DNA of 64,000 nucleotides from Candidatus Micrarchaeota archaeon. Lineage in GTDB: Archaea > Micrarchaeota > Micrarchaeia > Anstonellales > Bilamarchaeaceae. The notes below the pieces were generated by a model that ran no database searches, had not been told where the DNA came from, and worked only from the letters and a program-made list of their open reading frames with translations. The translations under genes were made by a program, and so were the position numbers. Positions 48,631 to 58,230 of this stretch are shown here, in pieces. The stretch lies in contig JBFLVW010000059.1 in NCBI GenBank assembly GCA_040758235.1, positions 81 through 64,080 on the forward strand, read 5' to 3'. The number at the start of each line of letters is the position of its first letter. The first letter of the stretch is position 1.

Positions 48631-49941
48631 TCACCATTCCTCGAGCGCCGAGCGCTCCGTTATCTCGCCCGCCACATTGCCCATCATGAGGCGCCCCACT
48701 TCCTTCATGTCCTTCGTCTGCCCCAGCACCCAGCAGAGTTTCGCGTATGCCGCTTCGGGGGTCCAGTCCGCCCCGTCCCCGATTACGCCTGCGTCCCGCA
48801 GCAGCCTGCCGTTGGTGTACACCCTGAGGCAGACGCGCCCCGTGATGCACTGGCTGCTCATAACAACCGGGATTCCGCTCGAAACGAGCTCGCGCACAGG
48901 CTTGTATATGCCCTTCACGGTCTTGTCCCCGAAGGCGTCTGTCGGAACGTGCCCGAGGCCCGTGCCCATAAGCACCACCCCGTCATAGTCCCTGAGGCCC
49001 GAGATTAAGGACGGCTTGATGTTCGGGTGGATGTATATGAGGGCGACGTTGTCATTCAGCGCTTTTTTTGCGATGAGCGGGCCTTTCCCCCTCGGCCTCG
49101 CATCCGACAGCTTCTCGAACACCCGCCCGGAAAAATCCACTTTCGCGAGCGGGGGGTGGTTGATGGAGTGGAAAGCGTCCCGCCTGGACGAGTGCATCTT
49201 CCGGACGCGGACGCCGCGGTGGAGGTGGCAGAAGGAGTCGTCCGAAGAGGCGTGCATGCACACGCCGACCTCCCCGACGTCCTGCGTCGCGGAGAAGACG
49301 GCGTTGCTGAGGTTCAGCTCGTTCTCGCTGGAGGGGCGGTCGGAACTGCGCTGCGCCCCGACGAAGACGACGGGGACCGGAAGGTTCTGGAGCATGAAGC
49401 TCAGGGCGGAGGAGGTGTAGGCCATCGTGTCGGTGCCGTGCATGACCACTATGCCCTCCGCGCCCGCCTTTATCTCCTCCTCGATTGAGTCGGCGAGCAT
49501 CCTCCAGTGGGCCGCGTTCATGTCCTCGGAGAAAAGGGAGAATATCTGCCGCGAGCGGATGTTGAAGCTCTCGAGCGCAGGGAAGGCCGCGCGCAGCTCG
49601 GTCGGGGTTATGGACGGGTAGACCGCGCCAGTCTTGTATTCTATCTTGGACGCTATCGTCCCCCCGCATCCGATGATGGAGATGCCGCCCTCCTTGCGCC
49701 CCTCCGGCTCCTCCGGGGCGGCCCTGCGGGGAGGGGACTTTGACACGAGCTCTACCGAATCGGCCCTAAGGCCGGTGTTGTAGCCGTTGTCCAGCTTTAT
49801 GACGATTATGCCGGGGTCGCCCGTGAAAAGCCTGGGCATGAGGAGGCCCTCGAAGGAGTCCCCGCCGCAGGAAACGCGGACGCGGTCGCCGACGGATATG
49901 CCCTTCTTCTTCAGCTCTGCAAGCGTCTGTTCGGTATACAT
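48631..49941 (-). CDS. gatD: Glu-tRNA(Gln) amidotransferase subunit D
   Basis: KLDNGYN, GGTIASK, HGTDTM, GAQRSSDRPSS. Adjacent to gatE. Confidence 0.97.
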   Translation of the reverse strand: MYTEQTLAELKKKGISVGDRVRVSCGGDSFEGLLMPRLFTGDPGIIVIKLDNGYNTGLRADSVELVSKSPPRRAAPEEPEGRKEGGISIIGCGGTIASKIEYKTGAVYPSITPTELRAAFPALESFNIRSRQIFSLFSEDMNAAHWRMLADSIEEEIKAGAEGIVVMHGTDTMAYTSSALSFMLQNLPVPVVFVGAQRSSDRPSSENELNLSNAVFSATQDVGEVGVCMHASSDDSFCHLHRGVRVRKMHSSRRDAFHSINHPPLAKVDFSGRVFEKLSDARPRGKGPLIAKKALNDNVALIYIHPNIKPSLISGLRDYDGVVLMGTGLGHVPTDAFGDKTVKGIYKPVRELVSSGIPVVMSSQCITGRVCLRVYTNGRLLRDAGVIGDGADWTPEAAYAKLCWVLGQTKDMKEVGRLMMGNVAGEITERSALEEW

Positions 49942-49990
49942 AGGCCTCCCGTAGAGTTGTCGCGTTTCTATTATTTAATTTGACCGGCCG

Positions 49991-52900
49991 TCATTCCTTG
50001 ATTTTGTAAATCTTGACCGCGCCGGTGGGCGTCCTGTAGACCAGCTCGAATCCGGGCAGGTCCTCGAGGAATATGGCGCGGTATATCGCCGAATCGTAGA
50101 ACTTCCCCTTGCGGTCCCCGTAGCCCGGCTTCACTTCCCCGTTCTCGAGCCATATCGCGTCCTCCGTGTAGAAGAGCGTCGAGGCGGTCGTCGTGCCGAG
50201 GTGGGTCGTCGGCATCTGGAAGAACAGCTGCATCAGGCCCTTGTTCAGCTTCAGGTCGCCGTTGGGGTATGTCTCGTCAAGGTAATACGTCGCGTATGTC
50301 TGCTCCCCGCTCGCGAGCGTTGCGTTCCCCACGCAATATGCCGGGACGGCGCGGACGTAGTTCGTGCAGTAGTTCACGATGTTCGGGTCCTGCGAGGGGT
50401 AGGCGCACTCGGGCGGGTAGTAGTTGAGGTAGCGGCCTGCCTCGTAAATCCTGTATGCCGTCAGGCCCGTTTTCCCGGTAAGCTCCGATATGGTGCAGGG
50501 CGTTCCGGTGACGAATATCATTTCCCAGAGGTGCTCGCTCTCGCATTCGGAGGTTCCGGGGTCGTCCTGCACGGTGGTCTCGTTATGCCATGCGCAGGAG
50601 AGGTAGTTGAGCGCGCCGTACTTGCCCCCGAGCGCGCCCCCGCTGGAGACAAGCTCGATGTCGAAGAGCGCGTACTCGCTGTCATGGGCCTTCATCCAGT
50701 CCCTGAGCTCCTCCGGCGTCGCGTCGGTGTAGCCGTGGGCGACGGCCCCTATCATCTCGTGCGAGCGGTGCTCGTTCCGCAGGGCGGCGTTGCGCTCCCC
50801 GAAGTAGTTTATCCAGTGGCCGTAGTCCCACCAGGACGTTATCCTCGCCCCTTCGGGGGTGTTGTCCCGTATCCACTCCATGGAGTCTATCCAGTAGTCC
50901 GACACCCTCTGGCAGCGGAACGACGCGACGGAAGCCTCCAGCTGCGGGACCTGGCCGTCGTTCAGGCCGTCCCCGTCGTAGAGGTAGGAGAAATAACGGT
51001 AGTCCGAGAATATGGAGAGCATGCAGAGCTTGGTGCTGTACTGGTAGTTCGTGCCCCTGCCGGCGTATCCCAGCGGGTCGGAGGCCGCCGCGCACACGTC
51101 GGCATCCCCGCTGCTCTCGCAGAACTGCGTGAATTTCGGCGCGAGACCCGCGGGGTCGTTCTGGTATAGCGGCTGAAGCGAGCCCCAGGCGAGTGCCGGC
51201 GCGAAGCCCTGGTAGGAGAACTGCATGAGCAGGAGTGCCGCCCCGATGAGGAGGGGCGCGTGGGCGAGGGCGGCCCCGCCAAGGTCCCTGAAGAAGCGGC
51301 TGAAGGATTCGGAGACCTTGTGCAGCACGAAAGCGATCGCGACCGCTAGAAGGACGCCAGAGTATATCGTGTATTTGGCCTTGACGATGCCCACGATGAA
51401 CGGGGGCATCACGACCGCGAGCAGGAGCAGGAACGCGGCGTCCTCCTCCCTCTTCGCGAACTTCACGAGGGCGTATGCGCAGGCGGCCCAGAAAAGGAAT
51501 ATCCAGAGCAGCAGGAAGCTGACGGTTTTCGCGGTGAAATCCACGGAAGTCCCGAGCGCGAGGTTGATTAACTGGATGAACAGCGCGAGGGCGACATTCG
51601 CCGCGAGCGAGAATGGAAGGAGGACGACGAACATCACCGCGTCGGCGAGCTCGGTGATGCTGTCGAGCGAGGAGGGAGCCTCGTAGCTCTGGGCTATGAA
51701 GCCGAGGGAGCCGCTGAACGAGGTGCCGGCAGGGGCCTGCTCGGCTATCGTCCTGTCGAGGGGCCGGTTGAACTGCGCGATTCCGAATCCGGCCTTGCCG
51801 ATGTCCTTTATGTATGTCCCGGCAGGGGTCGCGGCATACGCTATGATTCCGAGGAGGATGATGCATCCGAGGGCCATGCGGGAGGATGTCTTGTCCGGAA
51901 GCTTCAGCTTGACGGCGTAAAGAGCGGCCGAAAACAGGATTGCCGCGAGGACCGCGAGCGGGACGTTGAGCGAAACCGAGCCGGTCTCGAAGAAGGCCTT
52001 GAGGATGCCTGATGCGAGGACCGGACCGATGAGGAAGATTATGGAGTTGAAGGCGATGATGTGCTTAAGCTCCTCCGTGTCTTCGTCCCTCAGGAAATAC
52101 AGCAGTGAGGCGAGGGGGACGAAGAGGAGCATCGCGGATGCCGCGAGAATCTGGGACTGGCTGCCGAGCGCTATTGCGGCGTACGCAAGGCCGGCGAGGG
52201 CGGGGAATAGGAAATCCTTCCCGATGCGGAGCGAGCGGTTTTCGAATTTCAGGACCTCCCTGTGCTTCATCGAAAGAGCGTAGAAGGCGTAGAAGAGGGC
52301 GAGGGAGAAGAACGCGTATGGCTGGACCTCCTGCTCGCCTGCCGCGAGCTTCATTATGAATACCGGGACGAAGGAAGCCAGCCCGGCGGCGACGATGCCG
52401 TATTCCCGTTTCGTTATGACGGAGACGAAAAGGTAGATGGAGAAGACCGAAAGGACGGCCGCTATCGGCGGATAGAGCGAGGCGATGAGGGCGAGCAGCA
52501 TGTTGTCGAAGGGCGCGCCGCCCGTGTAGAGGGCGTACCATGACGCCTCGAGATAAGAGAGGAGCGGGACCACCCTGTGGTTCACTTCCTCCTCGGGATA
52601 CCATGCAGTCTGGTCGTCATGGGGGTTCTCGCCGAGAGTCAGCAGCTGCCCTGCCGGGTAGGTGTAGAAATAAGGGTCTAGCTCCTGGAACACCGGGCCG
52701 TAGGTCCCCACCCTCACGATGAATGTAAGGAGGAGAATGAGGGCGAGCGCGGCAGGCACCGCGATTCCCGGGGTGAGCTTGATTTCGCGCGGGATCAGGT
52801 CCTCGTAGGCTTTCCTGTATACGAACAGCGCAGCCCCGATTGCGTACAGGAGCGCGACGGAGCCGAGCGCGACCGCGTGGCTGAACTTCACCCCCAGAAG

Positions 52901-53080
52901 GATGTAAAGGAGGAAGGGGATGAGGGGCATGAGGATGAAACCCAGCCCGAATCCTATCAGCGTTTTTTCGGTCCTCGTGAACTCCTCCCTCCGCAGGAGG
53001 CCGAAGGAAAGCAGGGCGCCGGGGATGAATGACGATATGAATACCCATGCCAGGAACGCTAACAGGTCGAAAGAAATCAA
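49991..53080 (-). CDS. aglB: Oligosaccharyltransferase AglB (STT3 family) with extra N-terminal TM segment
   Basis: ELDPYF, TIAEQ and WWDYGHW motifs, many TM helices. Confidence 0.9.
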   Translation of the reverse strand: MISFDLLAFLAWVFISSFIPGALLSFGLLRREEFTRTEKTLIGFGLGFILMPLIPFLLYILLGVKFSHAVALGSVALLYAIGAALFVYRKAYEDLIPREIKLTPGIAVPAALALILLLTFIVRVGTYGPVFQELDPYFYTYPAGQLLTLGENPHDDQTAWYPEEEVNHRVVPLLSYLEASWYALYTGGAPFDNMLLALIASLYPPIAAVLSVFSIYLFVSVITKREYGIVAAGLASFVPVFIMKLAAGEQEVQPYAFFSLALFYAFYALSMKHREVLKFENRSLRIGKDFLFPALAGLAYAAIALGSQSQILAASAMLLFVPLASLLYFLRDEDTEELKHIIAFNSIIFLIGPVLASGILKAFFETGSVSLNVPLAVLAAILFSAALYAVKLKLPDKTSSRMALGCIILLGIIAYAATPAGTYIKDIGKAGFGIAQFNRPLDRTIAEQAPAGTSFSGSLGFIAQSYEAPSSLDSITELADAVMFVVLLPFSLAANVALALFIQLINLALGTSVDFTAKTVSFLLLWIFLFWAACAYALVKFAKREEDAAFLLLLAVVMPPFIVGIVKAKYTIYSGVLLAVAIAFVLHKVSESFSRFFRDLGGAALAHAPLLIGAALLLMQFSYQGFAPALAWGSLQPLYQNDPAGLAPKFTQFCESSGDADVCAAASDPLGYAGRGTNYQYSTKLCMLSIFSDYRYFSYLYDGDGLNDGQVPQLEASVASFRCQRVSDYWIDSMEWIRDNTPEGARITSWWDYGHWINYFGERNAALRNEHRSHEMIGAVAHGYTDATPEELRDWMKAHDSEYALFDIELVSSGGALGGKYGALNYLSCAWHNETTVQDDPGTSECESEHLWEMIFVTGTPCTISELTGKTGLTAYRIYEAGRYLNYYPPECAYPSQDPNIVNYCTNYVRAVPAYCVGNATLASGEQTYATYYLDETYPNGDLKLNKGLMQLFFQMPTTHLGTTTASTLFYTEDAIWLENGEVKPGYGDRKGKFYDSAIYRAIFLEDLPGFELVYRTPTGAVKIYKIKE

Positions 53081-53091
53081 GCAGTCACCAA

Positions 53092-54171
53092 TCAGAGATA
53101 TTCGAGGTCGCCGCTATGGGCCGGCGCGTTCTGCGCGGCTTCGCGGACGCCCTTGCCCATGATGTAGGGGGATTTCACTCCGGTAATTATCGCGGTTATC
53201 CTCATGGAATCGCGGAGAGTGGGGTTTATCCTCGCCCCCATCTTCACGCTCGCCCCCTCGTCGAAGCTCTGCGTGAGCAGCTCGCCCGCCTTGATGGCGT
53301 CGCCGAGAGAGAGGTCCGGGCCCCCTTCGAGGTGTATGAGGCACCCCTTTGCGCCCTCGTAGTTCACGTCGAGGAGGGGGTGCTCGAGGGTGTCCTTCAC
53401 GACGTCCTCGACCTTGTTGTGGCCGTTGCCGCTCCCGAGGGAAATCATCGAGAGGCCGCCGCCTTCCATCACCGTCTTCACGTCGGCGTAATCGACGTTC
53501 ATGAGGCTGGGGAACATGATGGTATCGGATATCCCCGTGACCGCCCTCGTCGTGATGGAGTCCGCAAGCTCGAACGCCTTGTTCACAGGGAGGTTGGGGA
53601 CGTAGGATGCGAGCCTGTTGTTGTCCACGACCACGACCGTGTCGCACACGTCCACCAGAGCCTGCAGGGACTGCTGGGCCTTCTTGAGGCGCACGCGCTC
53701 CAGGGCGAAGGGGTATGTGACCATAGCGACGACTATCGCCCCCTGCTCGCGCGCTATCTGGGCTATAGGGGGCGCGGCGCCTCCCCCCGTCCCTCCGCCC
53801 ATGCCGGCGCAGAGGAAAACAAGCTCGTTCTCCCCGATTTCCTTCTTCAGCATGTCGCGGTCGGCATCAGCGCACTTCTTCGCGACCGACATGTCGCCCC
53901 CGGCCCCGAGGCCGCGGGTTATGGACCTGCCAAGAAGGATTTTCTTGTGCGCGCCTATCATGTTCAGGTGCTTGCCGTCGGTGTTTATCGCGACGGCCTT
54001 CGCGCTCTTTATACCGCCCTGGTACAGCCTGTTGACGCAGTTGCACCCTGCCCCGCCTACGCCTATCACTGAAATGCGTATAGAAGAATTCTCCATGTCC
54101 CCTGCCGGCTTGGCCTGGGGAGCGGCCTGCTCGCCCCCTTCCCGGGCGGCTTTTATGATGTCATCAAACAT
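53092..54171 (-). CDS. ftsZ: Cell division protein FtsZ
   Basis: IGVGGAGCN, AINTD, TRGLGAGG, GMGGGTGGG, PFALE, T7 loop NVDYAD. Confidence 0.96.
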   Translation of the reverse strand: MFDDIIKAAREGGEQAAPQAKPAGDMENSSIRISVIGVGGAGCNCVNRLYQGGIKSAKAVAINTDGKHLNMIGAHKKILLGRSITRGLGAGGDMSVAKKCADADRDMLKKEIGENELVFLCAGMGGGTGGGAAPPIAQIAREQGAIVVAMVTYPFALERVRLKKAQQSLQALVDVCDTVVVVDNNRLASYVPNLPVNKAFELADSITTRAVTGISDTIMFPSLMNVDYADVKTVMEGGGLSMISLGSGNGHNKVEDVVKDTLEHPLLDVNYEGAKGCLIHLEGGPDLSLGDAIKAGELLTQSFDEGASVKMGARINPTLRDSMRITAIITGVKSPYIMGKGVREAAQNAPAHSGDLEYL

Positions 54172-54258
54172 CGTAAATCACCCTCGTGGATTGTCCGCTC
54201 CTGAGTTCAACCTAATTCTAAGATAAAGAATATATAGCCTCTGTTCGGCGAGCGCAGG

Positions 54259-54849
54259 TCAGCCGAGCCTCTGCGCATTTACGGCCTGGGCGACCGTCTG
54301 GAGGTCGCAGGCCTTCCCGGGCGTTTCGAGCATCCCCTCGTCAGGCTCCGAGGCCCCGCATTCCGCCGGGATTTCGGGGGCATGGAAGTCCGCCAGCGAA
54401 TTGCTGCCGAATTCCGCGTCCTCGGTCGTGTTCTCCGCGCCTATGTTCTGGACGAACCAGTCGCAGTCGAGGATTATCTTCCCCTCGGGGCAGCCGAAAT
54501 ACCTCTTCCCGCCTTTCTCGATTGCGAAGGCGCCTGCGCACGTCACCGATTCGCCGTAGGCGGGAGAAATCCGCCTGCCGGCATCCATAACAAATGCGAC
54601 GGTTTCGCCGTCGGAGCAGGTCAGCCCGGACGGGGCGGGCTCTTCCCCTGCCGGCTCCGGGACGCTTGGGGGTTGCGGCATCTCCTGCTCCGGGTCGGGG
54701 CCGGATATGCTCGGGGGCGGTTCGGGCTTTTGGGGCTCCGGGGCGGGGGGCGCTGCGCCATCCTCCGGCTCTTCCTGGGCGGCTGGGGGCTGGGGAGAGG
54801 CGCATCCCAGCAGGAGTGCGGCGGAAAAGACAATGAGAATAAGCCTCAT
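54259..54849 (-). CDS. Lipoprotein, CDW-motif paralog family member 1
   Basis: LLLGC lipobox, Pro/Glu linker, YFGCPEGKIILDCDWF, GKACDL. Confidence 0.75.
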   Translation of the reverse strand: MRLILIVFSAALLLGCASPQPPAAQEEPEDGAAPPAPEPQKPEPPPSISGPDPEQEMPQPPSVPEPAGEEPAPSGLTCSDGETVAFVMDAGRRISPAYGESVTCAGAFAIEKGGKRYFGCPEGKIILDCDWFVQNIGAENTTEDAEFGSNSLADFHAPEIPAECGASEPDEGMLETPGKACDLQTVAQAVNAQRLG

Positions 54850-55021
54850 GGCCAGTCATGCGCGCCCGGGCTATTTATTTTTTTGTCTGTTGCCCGTGCC
54901 TTCGAGCTCGGGGCTGCGGATATCCTCGACCGGCCCACGCAGCCCTAGTCAATACTGGTACTGCGTGCATATAGAAAACAGAAGAGAAGCGACGTTTATA
55001 CGGAGATTGGGAAGACAGAGG

Positions 55022-55642
55022 TTAGCTGCCGTGCATCTGGTTTATGTTGCCGACCAGCGTCTCAAGGTCGCAGACTTTTCCGCCTACCGTGAGCAGGATC
55101 GCTTCCTCCACCTGCCCCTCGCTGCACTCGAGCGCCGAGGTATCCGGAACCGAGAAATCGGCCACGCTCGATTCCCCGAAAAGCACGGATTCGGTGCGCA
55201 GTTCGTCCATGAACCAGTCGCAGTCGAGGATTATCTTCCCATCGGGGCAGCCGAAATACGTCCTGCCTTCCCGCAGTATCGCGACCGGCCCCTCGCACTG
55301 CGCGGAGGAACCCAAAACGGGCTGGACCTGAGTGCCGTAGGCCGTCTCGTAGGCTGTCGTCCCGTACGAATCGGAGCAGATTTTCACGTCTGCCAGTTTT
55401 CGGGGCGGGGAAGCCGGCTGGTTTTGGGGAGTTTCCTGGTCGGGCTCTGCAGGAACGGTTTCCGGCTCCTGCTCCGGAATTTCCGGAAAGTCCGGCGGCT
55501 CCGCTCCAGCAGGCGGCGGGGTGTATGCAGCTATGGGAATCTTCCCCTTCATCACGGGTTCCGGAGGGGAATCGTCCAATCCCACAAGAATAGCGCTGAC
55601 GAAAAGAAGGACCGGAGTCATTGCCAGGAGCATCTGCCTCAT
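55022..55642 (-). CDS. Membrane-anchored protein, CDW-motif paralog member 2
   Basis: Hydrophobic N-terminus without lipobox Cys, Pro/Glu linker, YFGCPDGKIILDCDWF, GKVCDL. Confidence 0.75.
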   Translation of the reverse strand: MRQMLLAMTPVLLFVSAILVGLDDSPPEPVMKGKIPIAAYTPPPAGAEPPDFPEIPEQEPETVPAEPDQETPQNQPASPPRKLADVKICSDSYGTTAYETAYGTQVQPVLGSSAQCEGPVAILREGRTYFGCPDGKIILDCDWFMDELRTESVLFGESSVADFSVPDTSALECSEGQVEEAILLTVGGKVCDLETLVGNINQMHGS

Positions 55643-55682
55643 GGCATAACAGTATGCTGGCACAATCTTATAAAGGTGCCAA

Positions 55683-56657
55683 TCATCGCTGGCGCTCCCT
55701 CTGCTGCGGCACCGGCAGCGTCGCGGGGCTGACAGGGATATTCGCCCTCTCGGCAGCCTGCCGCAGGGCGGGATTGTCGGTTATTATCTCGTAACGTTCG
55801 GGCCGGCCGAGGTCCCCGTAGATCCTGAGCGTCCCCGCAGGGCGCGACTCGCCCGGCCGGAATGGGTTCCGCTCCGAGATGGAATAGTCCGTATACAGCC
55901 TGCGCTCGCCGGCGAAAACGGAGCTGGAGCCGTCAGCTTCCATGTATCTCATCATGCCGGTGTTCGGCCCTCCTCCGATTGTGGGCATCGGCACTGCGGT
56001 GCTCGGGCCGAGGTCCATCACGATTCCCGGGTCGACGCTGCGCGCCCGATGCTCGATGGCGGCAAGGGAAAGGGGGTCCGGAGCTGAGAACGACGTCCCG
56101 CCGAACGCCCTCCCCACGTTCCCGAGGATGCGGTCCCTTCCGGCAGTCGGCGATTGTGCGGCAGCTTCCCCCCTCTGCCGGGCGGGAGTCGTGGGCGCCG
56201 TTTCAGGCGACATCATAATCCTGATTGCTTCTTCCATCGTCCGCGCCCGGATGTCAGGCTCCCTCATCTGCTGCATGGACTCCATCATCCTGCGGTAGAT
56301 GTCGGAAATCGTTTCCCTCGCCTGCTGCCTGGTGCGTATGGCTTCAAGCGCGCGCAAAACGGTCGGGTCCGAAGTGGTGACCGAGAATGAGGTGGGCGAC
56401 GACGAACCCGTTGCGTACCGCACTTCCACGCTGGCGAGGGCCCCCGTTCCATTTTCTGCGACCGCCCGGAAGCCCGCGGCGTTGATTTCCCCCTGGTTGT
56501 TACCCTGGACTATGAACGTCCTGGAATACATATAGCCCGAGCCGTTATATGCGACGGCATTGTCGAAAGCACCGTAATTGTCGCCGAGCCTTTCCATCAG
56601 CCTTGTCCACTGTTCCGGAGTCAGTTCCACAGTCCTTTCCGCGGGCGAGCCTGCCAT
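55683..56657 (-). CDS. Hypothetical lysine-free protein
   Basis: Long ORF filling the gap within the lipoprotein array. No Lys or Cys, ends QQRERQR. Confidence 0.65.
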   Translation of the reverse strand: MAGSPAERTVELTPEQWTRLMERLGDNYGAFDNAVAYNGSGYMYSRTFIVQGNNQGEINAAGFRAVAENGTGALASVEVRYATGSSSPTSFSVTTSDPTVLRALEAIRTRQQARETISDIYRRMMESMQQMREPDIRARTMEEAIRIMMSPETAPTTPARQRGEAAAQSPTAGRDRILGNVGRAFGGTSFSAPDPLSLAAIEHRARSVDPGIVMDLGPSTAVPMPTIGGGPNTGMMRYMEADGSSSVFAGERRLYTDYSISERNPFRPGESRPAGTLRIYGDLGRPERYEIITDNPALRQAAERANIPVSPATLPVPQQRERQR

Positions 56658-56693
56658 GTTATCACGCACATGAATTGGGGGGCAACAATTAAA

Positions 56694-57278
56694 TCAGAGG
56701 TGGCAGGAGTTGCCGGGCGTGGAGAAGCTTTCGGAGGAGTATTCCCAGTCGGCGCACAAAATCTGCGACGGGGAGACGTCCCTGAAGTTGAAGGTGGAGG
56801 AGACGCCCGGCTCTGCCGGGTCGTAATCCGAGCGGAACCAGTCGCAGGAGGGCATCACCATCTTGCCCTCGCATCCAACATAGACTCTCGTCCCCCGGAC
56901 AATCGATATGGTCTTCGAGCACTGCGCCATCCCCGCGCCCCCGACCGTCTCGACGCGAAGCTCGTCCCCGCCCTTCATGTAGACTTTGCTGTAGCCGGGC
57001 TTGCCCTGCCACGTGTAGTTTATTTCGCAGACAAGGGGGACGTCGAGCGCAACGAGCCAGGCGAACGTTTTTCCGGAATATTTGTTATCGGATGGCGGCG
57101 GGGCCGGATTCGCGGGTTCGGAAGGAGAGGTTGTTCCGGGTGAGGGCGGGGTGGCGTTTTCGGGGACGGGCTGCTGCGGAGCCGGGGGCTGGGCCTGGGT
57201 TCCCGGAGCCTGGTCCGCGGCCTGGGAAGCGCATCCGAGGAGCAGAAGGAAGGCTATTGCGAAAAAGGCATATTTCAT
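56694..57278 (-). CDS. Lipoprotein, CDW-motif paralog member 3
   Basis: LLLGC lipobox, Pro-rich linker, YVGCEGKMVMPSCDWF, CADW...FSTPGNSCHL. Confidence 0.8.
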   Translation of the reverse strand: MKYAFFAIAFLLLLGCASQAADQAPGTQAQPPAPQQPVPENATPPSPGTTSPSEPANPAPPPSDNKYSGKTFAWLVALDVPLVCEINYTWQGKPGYSKVYMKGGDELRVETVGGAGMAQCSKTISIVRGTRVYVGCEGKMVMPSCDWFRSDYDPAEPGVSSTFNFRDVSPSQILCADWEYSSESFSTPGNSCHL

Positions 57279-57292
57279 CGTTTCACCATTAT

Positions 57293-57320
57293 CGAGACTG
57301 GAAACCGAAAACCGGGAACC
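57293..57320 (+). repeat. Degenerate 7-nt repeat cluster (intergenic)
   Basis: cgagact ggaaacc gaaaacc gggaacc. Two of these units also occur in the polB insert. Confidence 0.5.
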
Positions 57321-57414
57321 GCATCAGAGAAATTATAAGATGAAAATAATGGGGGGTTGACCACCAACCAGAAGGAGGGATGGGTGGGTGGAATGGTGGT
57401 TCCCCGCCATGAGC

Positions 57415-58110
57415 CTAATCGTACTCTTCATAGTTTCCATAGTTCCCCATGCTGCTCAAATCGCACACTTTGCCGCCGGTGTCGAACTTCGAAGCGTCGT
57501 ACACCCAGGCCCTGCAGTCGAGGTCAGAAGGCGGTATGTCGGAGAAGTCCGTGTCCACCTCAGTTCCGCCGGTGGTCGACACCTGGCCCTGCATGGTGCC
57601 GTTCCCTTCGAGCGTGAACACCAGCCAGTCGCAGCCGGGCATGAACTGCCCGTCGGGGCATCCCATGTACATTTTCTTCTCGTTGTTCTTCATGATGACG
57701 ACCATTTCCTGGCACCCTTGGGCGTTCTGGGTCGGGGACTCGACGCGGAGCGTGGACGAGTCCTTCATGTAGAGCCGGGATGTGACCGTGGTGCCGTTAG
57801 AGGTCGTTGTGACGTCGCATTCAAGAGGCACGCCGAGAGCGACGAGCGCGGCGTATTCCATGCCGGCGTAACCATTGCCGGAGGGCTGCGCGGGCGCGTT
57901 GTCGCCTCCCGAGGGGGGAGCCTCAGGCTCCTCTTCCATCGTTCCGCCCTGCCCTTCCCCAGGGGCGCCCGTTTCACCCCCCGTCGCGGGGGCGGTGGTT
58001 CCGCCCTGCGGGGCCGGGCCGGTCATGTTCGTCTGGTTGGAAGGCTGCTGGCCTCCGCAACCGAAAAGCAATAGGGATACAACAAGCAATGACAGTATCG
58101 CGCCTCTCAT
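57415..58110 (-). CDS. Lipoprotein, CDW-motif paralog member 4
   Basis: LLFGC lipobox, Gly/Pro linker, YMGCPDGQFMPGCDWL, CRAW...FDTGGKVCDL. Confidence 0.8.
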   Translation of the reverse strand: MRGAILSLLVVSLLLFGCGGQQPSNQTNMTGPAPQGGTTAPATGGETGAPGEGQGGTMEEEPEAPPSGGDNAPAQPSGNGYAGMEYAALVALGVPLECDVTTTSNGTTVTSRLYMKDSSTLRVESPTQNAQGCQEMVVIMKNNEKKMYMGCPDGQFMPGCDWLVFTLEGNGTMQGQVSTTGGTEVDTDFSDIPPSDLDCRAWVYDASKFDTGGKVCDLSSMGNYGNYEEYD

Positions 58111-58230
58111 GCGATGGGATACAAAGTCAAGGTTTTTAAAACATAGTGTCCCCACGACGGCGATTCTGGACATGAAAGACCATGATTGGCCCGCGAATGG
58201 TTTTTATTGCTGACATGAGAAGGTTAACCC

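Noticed and set aside
53770..53805. FtsZ signature reads GGGTGGG instead of GGGTG(T/S)G
   Set aside because: A single substitution with the T7 loop and other motifs intact is not enough to call a CetZ or tubulin-like variant.
54876..54971. Hairpin GGGCTGCG/CGCAGCCC and a 31-codon minus-strand ORF in the spacer between surface-protein genes
   Set aside because: No recognisable RNA family or peptide motif; could arise by chance in GC-rich DNA.
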